38,839 nucleotides of DNA, from contig JBBMKC010075162.1 in NCBI GenBank assembly GCA_037834085.1, positions 1 through 38,839 on the forward strand, read 5' to 3'. Shown piece by piece: positions 13,385 through 27,099 of the stretch (position 1 is the first letter of the stretch; every line of letters begins with the position of its first letter). Source of the DNA: Bipalium vagum (taxonomy: Eukaryota). The notes beneath the pieces are model-generated. The model had not been told where the DNA came from. It saw only the letters and a list, made by a program, of their open reading frames with translations, and did no database searches. A program made the position numbers and the translations under genes.

Positions 13385-13939
13385 ATCCAGAAATATTGCA
13401 ATTTGTAAAATATATTTTGATTTCATACTTAGCATTATAAGTAGTATATAAGCTAATCGATGAAATTACTCTAAATACACCCTATGATTATTAAGATTTC
13501 GGTTGAATAATGATTATATTTAGTATATTATTATATAATATTCAATTAGATTTTTATAAATAGAATTAAATAACTAAAGATAAGTTAAATTTTATTTATT
13601 TTTCACATATTATTCATTTGCCTTTTATTTAAGAAAAACTAGTTTCAATTGTCTAGTTCAAGTATACTTTTGCATTTTAGGTACACCTAATTTTATATTT
13701 TTCGTATATGATTAATAGTAAAAATTGATATGTTCAGCTAAGTGATTTAAAATTTTTATAAAAAATGTTCAAAAATATTGCATAATGTTAAAAGGTTTCG
13801 AACAACTTTTTCTGCAAGAAATTGTCATATTAAAATTAAAATTAATTTTTATCTAATAATTGTACTTATAAAACATAAAATCTGAATGTTCCTATTTTGA
13901 TTAATAAAATTGATTTTGAACTGAACTATTACATTATTT

Positions 13940-14256
13940 CCCACGAGTTTTCAGTAAAGACAAGTTTTTTACTTTGAAAAATGTATTGGATCTAAGTCAT
14001 AAAATTTAGAAAAAATTTATGACGATCCCTTGACTAAGACTGTAGTTTACTAAAGATTTTGGTATATATTCATCTAAAGAGTCTTGAATACACAGTTTCT
14101 AGGACCTTATTTGGAAAGTGCCTTACTAAAATACAAGGAGATAAATTTTGTGATATCTTAAAACCAATCTTTCATATCGCTCTTTATGAGAATTATTTTA
14201 ATGTCGAGATTTTTTCGGATTTATGGAGTACATCCTGCAATTTTTACTTAAATTAG
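13940..14256 (+). pseudogene. Decayed gene-like segment (putative orphan family, copy C)
   Basis: DDPLTK...YIHLKSLEYTVSRTLFGK...WSTSC parallels KDPSSK...YVDKL*RVSGTLFGE...FSSPC at 5.86-6.05 kb. Confidence 0.3.
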
Positions 14257-16030
14257 TATGTTTGACTTTTAAATAAAGTAAAGTAGAAACAATAAAAATA
14301 ATTTCCAGTGATTTTTTTCTTCTTTCAAACTTTGTGCCAACAAGTCTTATTAGAAAAAAAAAGGTTCTTCTGACTTATTTTGTGAATTCATTGACTCTTA
14401 TATTTACAAAACTATTTTAAAAATTGAATATGTCCTAATCAGTATACATAAGAATCAGTAAAGGAACATCATAATAACCAAAAATGATTGCAAAGACGAT
14501 CATCAGAAATATTTCGTGGAACAACAAAAGAAAGTTGGAAATTTAAACTTGTAAGACTTAACAAATATTGAGTTGATTGAACCTTGACATCACTGCCGGT
14601 CTTTTGTCAAGGTTACAAAAGGAAAACAAAAATTAATATGTATTACTTTGAGATTAAATTAGTCATTTAAAACAAAGACAACATGATTCAGATATTTCGA
14701 ATGAGATTCATTGAATTTTATTAAAAAATCGTTAAATTAAAAATATAAAAAATAAATAATTAAAATTTTTAATTATAAACTATTTTTGAATTTTTTTTTC
14801 TATATTATTTCAAATTAAATCATAAAATATTATTCTTTTTATTAGTTATTTTTATTACTTTGACAAAATTTTAGTGCTTTTAATATAAATATTCGTGGTC
14901 ACAGATCTTGAAAGTAAAATTGGTGTACCCCGTTTCTTGAACCAGAGTATTTGAAAATATAAAAGATGAGAAAATGATATTAATTATTTTGATTTTATTA
15001 AAACACAAGAATTACCCATAACCTTTCGATATCCAACATTTGATCAATCAAAATATGGTGATTATTTGATTTAATAAAACAAAGAATAAAAAATACACTT
15101 TCTATTTTGCCTTCGATATAAACCAATAAACAATGATAATATAAAAGAAAAAATGTTAAAAATTAAAATATTTTTAGTCCTTAAAACTACAAGCACTGGA
15201 TGTTTGTTGGTTATTTGCATGTATAAATGAAATTCAAATATCCAAGATCTGATGAAATATATCTGGCTGGTTAAAAGGGTTTTTTCAACTCAATAAATGC
15301 TCATAACTCTCCTAAAGGATACCTTATTATTTAGCGTAATATAAATAATTCTGTTCCATTTCTATGGAAGGTACGTATGAATAGATACCAAATGGTCTCA
15401 TTAATAAACAAAACAAACACAGTTCTTGATCATTCAGGATATTGCTCAGAAATAAACCTATTAAAATAAAAAAAACGTTTAATTAGTTTTCTCGTGTTAT
15501 TTGTTCATATGCCTAGTGTCCCTAAATAATATTTCTTTGTACAAAAGATTGTTGAATAGAGTATTAAAAATGAAAACAAAAAAATACTGATACAATTATT
15601 TTTTTGCATTTTTTTAAAAAAGTGGTCTATATTTTGAGAAATTGTAATATTTATGCTCTGTAAATAACTGGCAATAATCTTGGTTTTATTATCTTGATTA
15701 TTTTAATACTGAAACACATCATTATCATACTGAAATAAATTTTTATTGTAAGAGACATTTTTTTAATTAATATTTGACAATAGTGGTTTTCATTTGTTTG
15801 CTCCTTTAATTCCATATAAGTATTGAATATCATGGGCAATGAAACATCTTTCTTAGTGTACTTATCCTATTGTACGTGGCTTAAAAGCGTTTTTTGGGAA
15901 GCCTGAAAATTTATTTACATAGGCTTGTTTATGTATAGGACATTTTATTAACTTAAATGATTTTTCGAGCATTCCAATGGATTTGCTTGTTAAATATATT
16001 CAATTTGAATGACTTTATTTTAAAATATTA

Positions 16031-17003
16031 TTAGAGGTATGCATAAGTTCCCATCGTTCACATATTTTTAACATTTTAAAATTAATTTTTTTAACAAATG
16101 CTTTGTTTGGAAACATTTGTTTAAGTAAGTCATTATTGATTATATTGATGTGCATGACCTTATAATATATTTAAATTTGCCTACTTATTTCAAGCAATAA
16201 TTAAGGAAGTTGAAATGCATATTCGCCACTACATGTTGTTAATGCAAAAAAACCTGCTAAAGCAACCCGTTTAATTTGTAAAACTTATGGTGATGGAACA
16301 ATATGCAAGAGCTGACAATGCTAATGGTTCAGACGCTTTAGAAACGGTGATATTGATTTAAATGATAAATATCGAGTTGATCGACCACAATAAATGAGTT
16401 CGGACGAATTAGAAGCGCTTTTGAAATAAGATTCAACTCATTCGGGTGCAGAGCCAGCAAGAAGGTTGCATGTTAATCAAAGCACCATATTTCTGCGGTT
16501 GCATCAGATGGGAAAATTTTCAGAGAAAAAAATTGATTCCTTATGAATTATCAGAGCACAGTAGAATCAGCCGAGTCATCTTTGATCATTTTCTTCAGAG
16601 ATACGAACAAGTATTTTTGTATAGAATTGTAAACGCAGGCGAAAGTTGATATATTATAATCCCAATCTCAAAAGATCGCTGGTAAATCCTGGAGAACCGG
16701 GATCTTCACAGTCAAAAGAGAAATAATTATGGTCTTAAGGTCTTCCTGTGTATCTGGTGTGACATGCAGGGAGTGTTTTATTATGAACTATTAAAACTAT
16801 CTGAAACTGTTACTGTGAAACTATACCGTCGCCAATTGACACAGTTGAACTAGCAATTAATTGCCAAACAGTCATATCTTGCAACTAAACAGAATAAAGT
16901 GCTTCTTCTGCAGGACAATGTTAGACCATGTGTGGCATTAAGAACGAAGAAATCTTTGATGGACTTAAATTAGGAAATTCTAAAATACCCGTCCTGGTCC
17001 CTA
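16031..17003 (+). mobile_element. Mariner element (Mos1/mauritiana-like), 3'-truncated pseudogene
   Basis: TA followed by a TIR-like TTAGAGGTATGCATAAGTTCCC; MHIRHYML...WFRRFRNGDIDLND...IPYELS...FLYRIV...KVFLCIWCDMQGVFYYELLK...LLQDNVRP...EILKYPSWS; breaks before the third catalytic D. Confidence 0.92.
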
Positions 17004-18115
17004 ATAATAATTTTTGCATTCATTTAACCAATTGCGAATAGTCCTTGGTAAAAAAATTTTATATAATTTTAATTCATTGTATTTTACATTATTATGCTTT
17101 TGAATATGTGCATTTTTCTTTTTTTTTAATTTTCATAATTTCCAGTTGACTTAAAATTTTTACTGATTCAAAGCTGTCATTTTCCTATGTTCTATGCCAA
17201 TTTTTCGTCAAGCTAATCCAAAATTGTTACATTTACAAATTATCACTATACATGTAAATTTCTGTCTTAATTCGGAATTATTATTTTTTGCACAAAAAAT
17301 TACCAAACATCGTGATTTAAATTAAATTTAAATTATTACTTGTTTTATACTCGTAGTTCAATATTAAATTGGCTTACATAAACAAAGTTACTAAAAAGTT
17401 TGATTTGATAGAAATAACTTTTATATTTTTAAAAGAGATAAAATCATTTTTTGTCATGCTCTCTATATATAGACGTATTTTAAAAAATATATTTTGCAAT
17501 TTATTCATTGATATAGTTGGTATGATAATAAATTTTATTTATTAATTTCCTAATTAATTTATTTATTAATTATCATCAATTCAAACAAACTCAGCAAAGA
17601 GAAGAGATTTATTTGAAAAACAACTATGGAATTCTGATTTTATCTAAAATATCAACATTTCCCAATATCATATTTTATCCCAAATTAAACAGAGAGGGCA
17701 AAAAAAGAAGTTAAATCTATGCATTAATATTTAAATAAAAATAAAAAAATTAAATATTTCTTTCGAAATAGATTTAATCATTTGTATTCGATAGAAAGGA
17801 AGGAATATCTGAAGAAAAAAAAATAATTCTGATTATTAATGATGCTGAGGAATGGGATAAGGGAAGTGGTAAATTGTTAAGGAAATCTATTCATTTGTAT
17901 TAATTGAGAGAAAAGCTTGGAGAAAAAAAAACTGAAATATTTGTTCAGGGAATTTTTTTTTCCAATCTGTTTCAGTGGCTTTCTTGCATAAAAGTAAACA
18001 TTTTTCCAATGATTTTTCAGGGAAAATTTTACTGGTATATTTGAAGACATCAAAACGATAAAAATGAAACACAAACAAAAAGAGTGGTTTGTGTTTTCAC
18101 TCGTTTTGCCAATAC

Positions 18116-19530
18116 CTATGTTATCAACGGTGAAAATGATAAGAAATCGATTGGGTTTCTCTCACGAGCCCATATGTCGTCATGGTAGTCAGCATGATAA
18201 GCAACAATATCGCCCAGCTGCTCGACTAACTGGTTGAGAATAAAAGATAATTTTCTGCTCCGCCCGCCAGAGAAATAATTAAATATTGGGATGAGGCGCA
18301 CTCACACAGGCCTTGCCCAAGCCTGCATCTGTATGCACGGCCCAAGTATCTGCCATGGAATCAATGGAAAATTCTGATGATAGTGTTCGTTGAGTCTTTG
18401 TTTCAATAGGCTGTTTAAATTTGGCTCAAAAATAATCCTAAGTGATTAGAAGGGAAGCATGCTCACAGAAAACCAGCGGGGAAGCATATGGAGCAATGAA
18501 CTGATTGAGATTGTTCAACAGAACAACTAAGCTGAAGCCTGCAATACGGGCAACCAATAATAGGGCATCTTTTTTCAAGAAGAACAATGTTTGAATTATT
18601 TGAGATTACTTTAGCATGCATCTTCAATTGCTGATTTTATGGCTATAAAAGGATGTGAGCAAATAATTTGCATTATTTTCAATTTTGATTTAGATTGGTT
18701 TCCTTGTCCCATGGTTGATGTTGGAGGACAATGAACGTTGTCATTTGTTTCGAAATTCCATCGAGCGATCCGTTCCCATCGTATTCATGCAGCATTAACC
18801 CCGTTGTCTTAAACCGTTGTAGATTACAATATAAACCTTTAAGGCACGCGGTGAATGCCATATGAGATGGACAGTCATCTTGCGTTGAGGATGGTGGTCG
18901 AGAGTTGTTTGTATCATTCATTGCCATACCGAACACACGTCGACCATAGTTAGCATTTATAGAACTAGTGCGCCTTTTCTGGTTCAGATGGTAAGATTTG
19001 TCATTTCCAACATGATTTCCGTTTAGTTTAAGATTAATAATATTTTTGTTGGAATTAATTACATCTCCAATCTTCAGAATGTCATTGAATTTGATTTTTG
19101 TTTGGAACAACCGAAGAAAATTAAATTCGACCATAAGCACTTCAAATTGGAGGACCTTTTAAATCGGATGAGCTGATCACTGTCTTAGTAAAAATCGACA
19201 GTGTTTTTACTGGAACAGAGATTTGCAGATTTAATTCTATAATATCGAACGTTATTTCTATTTTTATCGTAACGATGAAATATTTTCTGAAAAAATATAT
19301 ATACAAAAATTAATTTTAATGAAAATATAAATTAGATATCGTAAACATCTGTCTATCTCTCTCGTTCGTATTCTTTGGCTAAGCTGGTAATGAGCCTTAA
19401 CATTTTGTATGATAAAAAAATTATTTTTCATATTTGCTCATTGTACGAATTAAGAGAAAACCTCCACAATGTCTCTCAATTTCTATAAGACGAGAAAGCG
19501 CTGCTGACCCCGACAGAATTTCCATTATGG
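18116..19530 (-). pseudogene. GC-elevated gene-like region with one RNI-type LRR-like repeat
   Basis: ORF 18679-19140 contains TKIKFNDILKIGDVINSNKNIINLKLNGNHVGND; flanking exon-like frames have GTGAG donors; no clean spliced model could be built. Confidence 0.35.
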
Positions 19531-21709
19531 GAGATAAGATTAATCACAAAGATAGTAATTTCATTAGTCATTAACGTGTTTCTTCCCAATTTTAGGCAGT
19601 TAGGAACATTTTTAATAATAATGTGGAAATTTTATAAAAATACGGTTTTCGTCTTTTTAATTATAGAAAAAATTATTTTTCATCCTATATTTCAATTCAT
19701 TAAATATAAAAATATAAATAATATTTTATTTATTTTAAATTTTATTTTTTTTTAAAAATTAATTTTGGCGATGATCGTTAAATATGTTAATTAAATAATT
19801 TTTGTAAAATAAAATTTTACAAGGAAAAATTTGTCACTTCAAACCTTGAGGTATGATTTATTGATTTTTTATATTTTTTTTGAAAAATAAAAAAAAATTA
19901 ATTAATTCATTTTTTTTTCGTTGTCAGAAATTCAAAAGAAACTTTTTCAAAATTTTATTAAGCTGTATTATGTTCTGTATTTTTTTTTTGTTAAAATAAA
20001 ATTAATTCAAATTTAAAATTTATTTTGTCTAGAATAAATTAGCAGGAAATAATAAATATTCTGTGAATTCTGAAATTTATCATTGGGCAGATGGGAATGG
20101 AAATTTATGACAGACATAAACCTGAAATTTCATGTTATTTTAATAAGTGAGTTTTTATGTACAGTTATTGTATATTATTTTATTATTGTACAATATTTAC
20201 TTAATGCACTTTAGAATGACAAATAAAGTCAGATCGAAAACTCTTCACTGAAATAAATATTCATCAAACATTTTTATGTTCAAAGATTAATTGAACGATG
20301 AACATTTCTTTTTCAAATTTTTAGAAAAACGTTGAGAGAATTTCGGGACTTCCCTGAAACTTTGGATCGGCTTGAAATTTTCTAAGCGATTTAATTATTG
20401 ATCAATTTGAAAAAATATATTTGTTCAGCTCAATTATTTCAATATAAAATAAAACATCTTTGAAAATATCGTGGAAACAAATTGCGTTCTCATTTCAGAA
20501 TTTTATATATTTTATATTTTACTTTTATCTAGTTATATTATAAAAAATTTTTATCTTTATTTATCAACTATTTTTATAATATATTTTAAAAATATTTTTT
20601 CATAATTATTTCGTTTTATATTTTTAAAAAACAGATGTTATTCAAAATCAATAATTTTTTATAAAAAATGTTTATTAAAGAAAAATAAAATAAAAAATTA
20701 TATCAAATATTATGACTCATGTTTCATCGAAATACCGTTCAGATCATTTCATCAGATAATGGGAACACTAATTCTGCAAATCTAATAATGAACTGAACCG
20801 TGTCATCATCAATATATGGATTTCCAAAGCATTCATTAACGATTTTTTTTTCAAAAATATTTTTCCCTGGGAAATTGTGATCCAATCTTGATAAAATTGT
20901 AAATATTCTACGAAATAATACCAATATAATATTAAGGTATTTTGATCATTCATTTATTTTGTAATGCTCAAAATAATTCGATTCTGTTATATCTTAATTT
21001 TTTATTCATCAGAAAATCATTAAAACAAATCTACATTTTAAATTACTTGTGTTTATTAATTTGAGTTTATAATTTTATATTAACAATATTTATAATAAAA
21101 TAAAAATAATTTTATTTTTTAAAATCAAATATTTCAAATCAATTTTCTCTTCAAGGTGTAATATATGTCAGAAAACTTTGATTGAATAAAAGTTCCAACT
21201 TAAAGAAATAATAAATCATTGATTTAAACAAAAAACTTTTAATTGATTTACAATTAAAATCCAATAAAAAGAATTCGAAATGAATTCCCATTTTAAAGTC
21301 CAAAGTAAAAATGGTTTATTATTTTTTATTTTATTGTATAAAAAATTATTATTTTCTCACATATTGATTTCTAATAGACACCATTGATTATCATTTGGTT
21401 TTCTTTTTAAATTTAATATTTTATCTTTGGTTTTTTATTTATTAAATTCGATAAATATTTTTAATTTTAAAATTTATATTTCCAAACAAAAATGCTTATT
21501 GAAAAAAGCAAAATAATTAAATGATTAAAAAAAATACTTAATAAATATTAAAAAAAATAGTTAAAAGACATTTTAAAATTATACTTTAGCATATTTATTT
21601 AATTTTATATATAATGCATATATGAAAGAATTAAAGTTTTGTTTATTTTTATAAAACATCTTTATTTTGTTATTGTTCATTTTGTATGAAAGTGAAAAAT
21701 ATTGCCCCT

Positions 21710-22200
21710 AAATGATTGAACCTTCTTGTCGGTGCTCCCGGAATCGAATGTTTGCCTTCACTTCTCATTGAGTCTTATTAAATTATCCCAGCCTTACGAA
21801 AAAAGCTGTTGGGATGACTACTTCCTTCCATCATGTTAAAGAGATCAGTGTGAGTAGCGACTAGCGACTGGTGAATATAGATAAATTATGGTTATTTGCA
21901 GAATTCGTTTTTCAGTTTATTTATTGCTCAAAATTGTTTTTGACTAATTTGATTCAATCAGGGAAAATTTATTATAACATGATTATTAATCATTAGTTTT
22001 GGAAATGGATTTGATTATGTCGTTCCGGCGGTCTCCTGAGATTATTTTGAAGGCCATTCTTTGCTTCAGTAAAAACAAATTGGAACTCTATGGGCATGCG
22101 AGATTCCATTTGAAAAATCAGTTATAGAACAGCTTTCGAATAATGTAGTATTAGCAAATTATCGATGAACGGTGGAGAAGACCAAGGGAAAATTAATTAT
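21710..22200 (+). pseudogene. Decayed gene-like segment with an intron-like interval
   Basis: GTGAGT...TTTGCAG intron-like segment (about 21851-21901), raised GC, and broken frames including VS*DYFEGHSLL. Confidence 0.25.
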
Positions 22201-23171
22201 TGAAAATTAAAAATATTGAATCAAAAATTATAATAGACTTATTAAAAAAAAAGAAAGAGATTTGAAATTTTTGCAAAATTTTATGGGAAATTAAATGAAT
22301 AAAAATTATTGGTATTATAAAACGGAATTTTTGTTTCAATTTTAAGTTGAGTAAATTTTGAATAAATAAAATTAAAGACATTGGATATTGTCTGAATAAA
22401 TAAAATTCATATATTATCATTTTTTATTTTTTATATATATTGAATATTATATATCTCAAACTTTTAATTATTTATTTTTACTCAAATTTAATGTTTTTTT
22501 TTGTTTTAATTATTTATTCAGACCGAACCCAATATATGAATGAATAACGTCTATCTCAATTCAGTGTATTGAAAAACACATATTTCCAAGCTGTCCCAAT
22601 TATTTTACACCGAAAAAAATTACAGGCGTAAAAAAAAATTTTTATTAAATCATTTAATTTAAATAAATAAGTTGACAATATTGTTTTTTTTATTAATTTT
22701 TTTTTAATGAAAATTTTAAAAGATTATAATGTTTACAAAAATTTTTTGAAAATAAAATAATTATTTATCGGTATTTATCAGATTACATAGCAGAGAACAG
22801 AGTTATTGAAGATCTTTCCACAAAAATCTTCATGAGATTAAAAATTTAATCCCCGATATCAATGCCAATATACGATCCATTGGTTTAGAACTGAATTTAA
22901 ATCCCTCAATTACATCATTTTCTGTAATTTCATCCTTATTAACCTGCTTTAGAAATGTAAAACGAATTACGTTATTCAATGTGATGTCTATTTATTTTTT
23001 AATTAATATTGGAAAAAAATAACTAATTGATCTATAATTTTTTTCAATGACTTCATTTATTGGTTTGTATAGTATTACCTGATAGTTATTCTTCAATGTT
23101 CTACATAAAATGAAAATTATACTCTTAAATATTTAGTAATATAAACACAATTTAACTGTCTCACAAAGTTA

Positions 23172-23689
23172 CCATAGATACGCGAGTATAACGCCCCCCG
23201 ACTATAACGCGAGACATACAAAATTGGGTGAAAAAGTATTAAAAAATGCAAAACGCGATTATAACGCGAGAGTAAAAATTGGCCAAATGCTATGTTTTGT
23301 GAACCGGTAAAATATATTTTTTTTTAAAACACCATTAACTTTATATTGAAATCTCTTAACCATATCGTAACGATATTGATTTACAAAGTGCGGTGAAACA
23401 GTCTACCGGTATAACAGGAAAGCGGTTTATATCGGCCATTTGTTTATGATGGTTTCGAAATATGAGAACTTCAGAATCCATTCTTATTAATATGTGAATA
23501 TTTCGTCTTTTGAGCCAACAAACGATTGATTTCGATCCCTAGCTATCGTAACAAGTTTCTAAAGTTTCCGACAGGTGAAATTAGTGTCCAATAAATTAAA
23601 TTATTGTTGTGTCTCGAGAATACCGCGACTCCCCAAATTTCACTCAAATACTAACTAAAAAATCTCGCGGTATACTCGCGTATCTACGG
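23172..23689. mobile_element. pogo-superfamily MITE (518 bp)
   Basis: TA on both sides; TIRs CCATAGATACGCGAGTATAACGC and (reverse complement) CCGTAGATACGCGAGTATACCGC; subterminal repeats of CGxxTATAxCGCG; no ORF. Confidence 0.85.
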
Positions 23690-23819
23690 TATTATTTCAA
23701 CAAAATCCAAGAACTAATCAAATACTCTGTATTATTTCTACTCGTAACCAATATTATTTCGACTAGAAAATTTTAAAATACATTTATATTTAACCAACAA
23801 ATTATTCAATATAAATTTA

Positions 23820-25077
23820 TACCCATCATCAAAAGTCTGAGGCAGGTAACATTTATTAATCAACAATAAGCATTTTCACAAGCATTGCTAATAACATATG
23901 TGACCTCCTTTTTTGATACGCATTCATTGATTCTTTTCGGCATCGATTCAAATAAACACGAACATTTCCCATGAGTTAGTTCTTTCCATTTTTCATTGAG
24001 ACGCTGACGAAGTTGAGGTAGGATTCCTGGTGGATAGCCATATGTTGAAGGCACTTGCTTGCTCAGAATGTCCCACACATGTTCTATTGGGTTCAAATCT
24101 GGAGATCTTGGCAATCATGGAAGCATTACAATACCGGATTTTTCCAGAGCGATTTTTGCGGTAACATCAGGCCTGATTTTTCGTGATACAAGGAAAAAAC
24201 CTCACCATCTTAAATCTCTTGAACGTATCGCTGAGCATTCAGAATGCCATCAATAAACAACAGTCTAGATCGGAAACCATAACCGAGAGCGCCTCATACT
24301 ATAACACTGCCTCCACCATAGCAGTCATGATGTGTAATGAACTCTTCATTAAACCTTTTAGAAATCTGGCGATCCACTCGAACTCTACCATTATGAAAGT
24401 CTAGATTAAAACGTGACGATGGAAAATACAATACTCCTCCAATACGCCATACCTTCATTTATGAGCTCTTTGGACCAGTGTAACGGACAATATCTGTGGG
24501 ACGGTGACAGAGGAATTCTCAACAATGGTCGTTTAGATTGGAAGCTAAATTGTAGAGCACGTCTGTTAAATGTTTCAGCAGATAATGAAATTGGAAACTT
24601 TGCTGCTACATAATTTTTGTTGATTTTTATCGTATTTAATTTATAATAATAATCTAGCAATCTGTATGGGACAAAACGATTGTTCTTTATTGGTTCTAAC
24701 TAACATGCGATCATCTGTATTGCTTGTTAATCGCGGTCTACCTGATCTGGGAAGGTTATTACATGCATGTGTCTCTTTCCATTTCTTCCAAATACACTGA
24801 ACACCACATCTGGATCGCCCAACTACAAAAACAAACCAGCTTCTAATAACTCAAAAATACGACTTCTCTCAAATTGGAATTTTTCATGTCTGACACTAAT
24901 TTTAAATTTTTAAATTAATTATAATGATGAATTAAAACACTAAATATATATTTTACATAAAATAGTTAATTATTCTAAAATAAATTACTTTTAATTCATG
25001 GGCTTAACAAAAATTATATGAGCTCATCACGTTTCCTTTAATAAATTTCACCTGCCTAAGAATTTTGATGATGAGTA
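23820..25077 (-). mobile_element. Tc1 (DD34E-type) element with both TIRs, transposase pseudogene
   Basis: About 40-bp TIRs TACCCATCATCAAAAGTCTGAGGCAGGTAACATTTATTAA and TACTCATCATCAAAATTCTTAGGCAGGTGAAATTTATTAA, with TA flanks. Translation: PRSGRPRLTS, WRSIVFS/SRFNL, YGGGSVIV*GA, LNAQRY, PRSPDLNPIEHVW, FESMPKRI. The second catalytic D (QDN) region appears deleted. Confidence 0.93.
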
Positions 25078-25099
25078 TATGAACCCCTGCTTCAATTTT

Positions 25100-25800
25100 A
25101 GATGCTTTCATTTATTAGATGTATTGTCTGTGGTTCAGTTCTGAAATTCACTCTTCTTACAGATTGACTATGTAATAATCATTGGTTGTGGCTGTAATTA
25201 TTCTGGTGTCCTTCATCGGAATTTTAGATAATTTGTACTTCTAAAATCAGAAATATTGCTATTGTTATAACTAATACTAAAAGCTGGATTTCTATTATCT
25301 AATATATTACTCCAAGAATATAGCATATTCCTCTTATTTCTTTTTAATATTTACTGATGTGTTTCTATTTTTCTTGACTCTTTCTTTTCATGATAATTAT
25401 TCTTTCTTATTAATTTATTTTTATGATAATTCACTTCTATTGAGTCATCCTGCTGATTATTATCATTTATGGATTCGCCGGATACTCTTGTTTGACGATT
25501 CCAGATGTTTCTTGATACCGTATTCCGCTGGTATTCAGTATTGCTTGGTATTTACTTTCAATGATACTCAAACTTTCCGATACTTCCTTTCCGTGTTAAT
25601 TCTTTTTTCTTGATGTTTTCATCGGGCAATGATAAAAATTTTGATTTTTTTAAATGATGTTCACTTTCTTTGTAGTTCATTTTGATAATTTGTGATTTTC
25701 ATTGGCTCTTCTTTCAGATGATAATCTTTATCTTTTCTGTTTTGGAGTTTAACTTCTGCTTTTACACATAAATTCCCACAAAATGTCTACATTTTTATTG
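25100..25800 (-). pseudogene. Decayed low-complexity K/N/E-rich reading frame of unknown origin
   Basis: Strong purine bias on the minus strand and long frames with scattered stops, e.g. SKFLSLPDENIKKKELTRKGSIG...NIWNRQTRVSGESINDNNQQDDS. Confidence 0.3.
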
Positions 25801-26232
25801 ATCATCTTCAAATTTCAAACTCTATTAATGATCAAATCAATATCTTACATCTTATGATCAAAACTCAAATATTCCGAGGTATTACAAAATTTGACCCTTA
25901 ATAACTTTTTTCTGTAAAAGATTTTTAAGTTTAAGTTCGACTGAGGCTTTCGTGAGACAAATTTGATTTTGAGAATCTCTAACTGATAGAATCAAAATAA
26001 ATTTTATAAACTATATAGTTTCGAATATATAATTAATATTCGTATTTTACATGTATTTCACTTTAAAAAGAACTGAAATAGTTATTAGTTTTCTGTTAAA
26101 GTTACGTGTAAAATTTGGTAACTTCAATGCCAAATAGAATTTATGAGACTATTTATGCTCACGGCAGCTCAAAAAACTATTAGAATCGTATTGATACATT
26201 TTTTGTGAATAAAAATCGATTTTTTGGAAATT

Positions 26233-26257
26233 GCGGCAATTAATTTGTGGCGCACTG
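26233..26257 (-). mobile_element. Tc1-type right terminal inverted repeat
   Basis: gcggcaattaatttgtggcgcactg followed by TA; reverse complement CAGTGCGCCACAAATTAATTGCCGC. Confidence 0.45.
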
Positions 26258-27099
26258 TATTAAACTAAATATAAATATCTAACAAAAAAATTTAATATTT
26301 GATTGAATAAAGCTTAAAATATTCGCTGTTATAATTATTCGAATTTCAAATATTCTGAGTCGAATATCTCATTAATGAAGGTAACTAATATTTTGGTTCA
26401 AACTTTATCATAAAACCTTATTGATGCTCTTTTGAATAAAATATGTTTCTTTTTAATAGAATAAAAATGTCATTTCATGTTAAAATTTTTAATTTTTATA
26501 AAATTTTATATTAAATAATTTTCTTTTTTATTTCATAATTTTCAATAATATGTTATATTTTTCATTCGAAATATAATGTTGTTTTTTATTAATTTCCTTT
26601 ATTTTTTGAATAATATAAATATAATTTAATAATAATAATATAATATATAATAATAATATAATATAATTTTATATAAAGACGACTAAAATTACAGAAAGAA
26701 AATTGAGAAAAATTATTGATGGCCACAACTTAAAAGGAACTCCCCAAACATTTTTTTATTAAATAAAATTGCTATATTTATTTATTACGTTGGTAAAAAT
26801 GAAAGTCCTTCTGAAATTTAACGAAAAACGGGGAAGACGAGCATGATGCTCCGAAAATTGTCAGAGGTTTAATAACTAGAAAGTTTTGCGCATTAATCTA
26901 AGATGTTAACAAAACAAAATGTCTGATAGCCCGGTCTAAAATTCTGGGTAACTTGAATAGTCCCACGGATAATCTCGCTTACCAGAAAATTACCAGTTGT
27001 CAAAATGCCTGAAAACTATACAAGAAAAACATTTGAGGTCGCCCGGGACTAAAATAGTTCCGTCAACTCTTTACAAATAAATCATTGATTCGCATCTCT

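Noticed and set aside
17815-17870. KIILIINDAEE as a Walker B motif
   Set aside because: No Walker A or sustained reading frame nearby.
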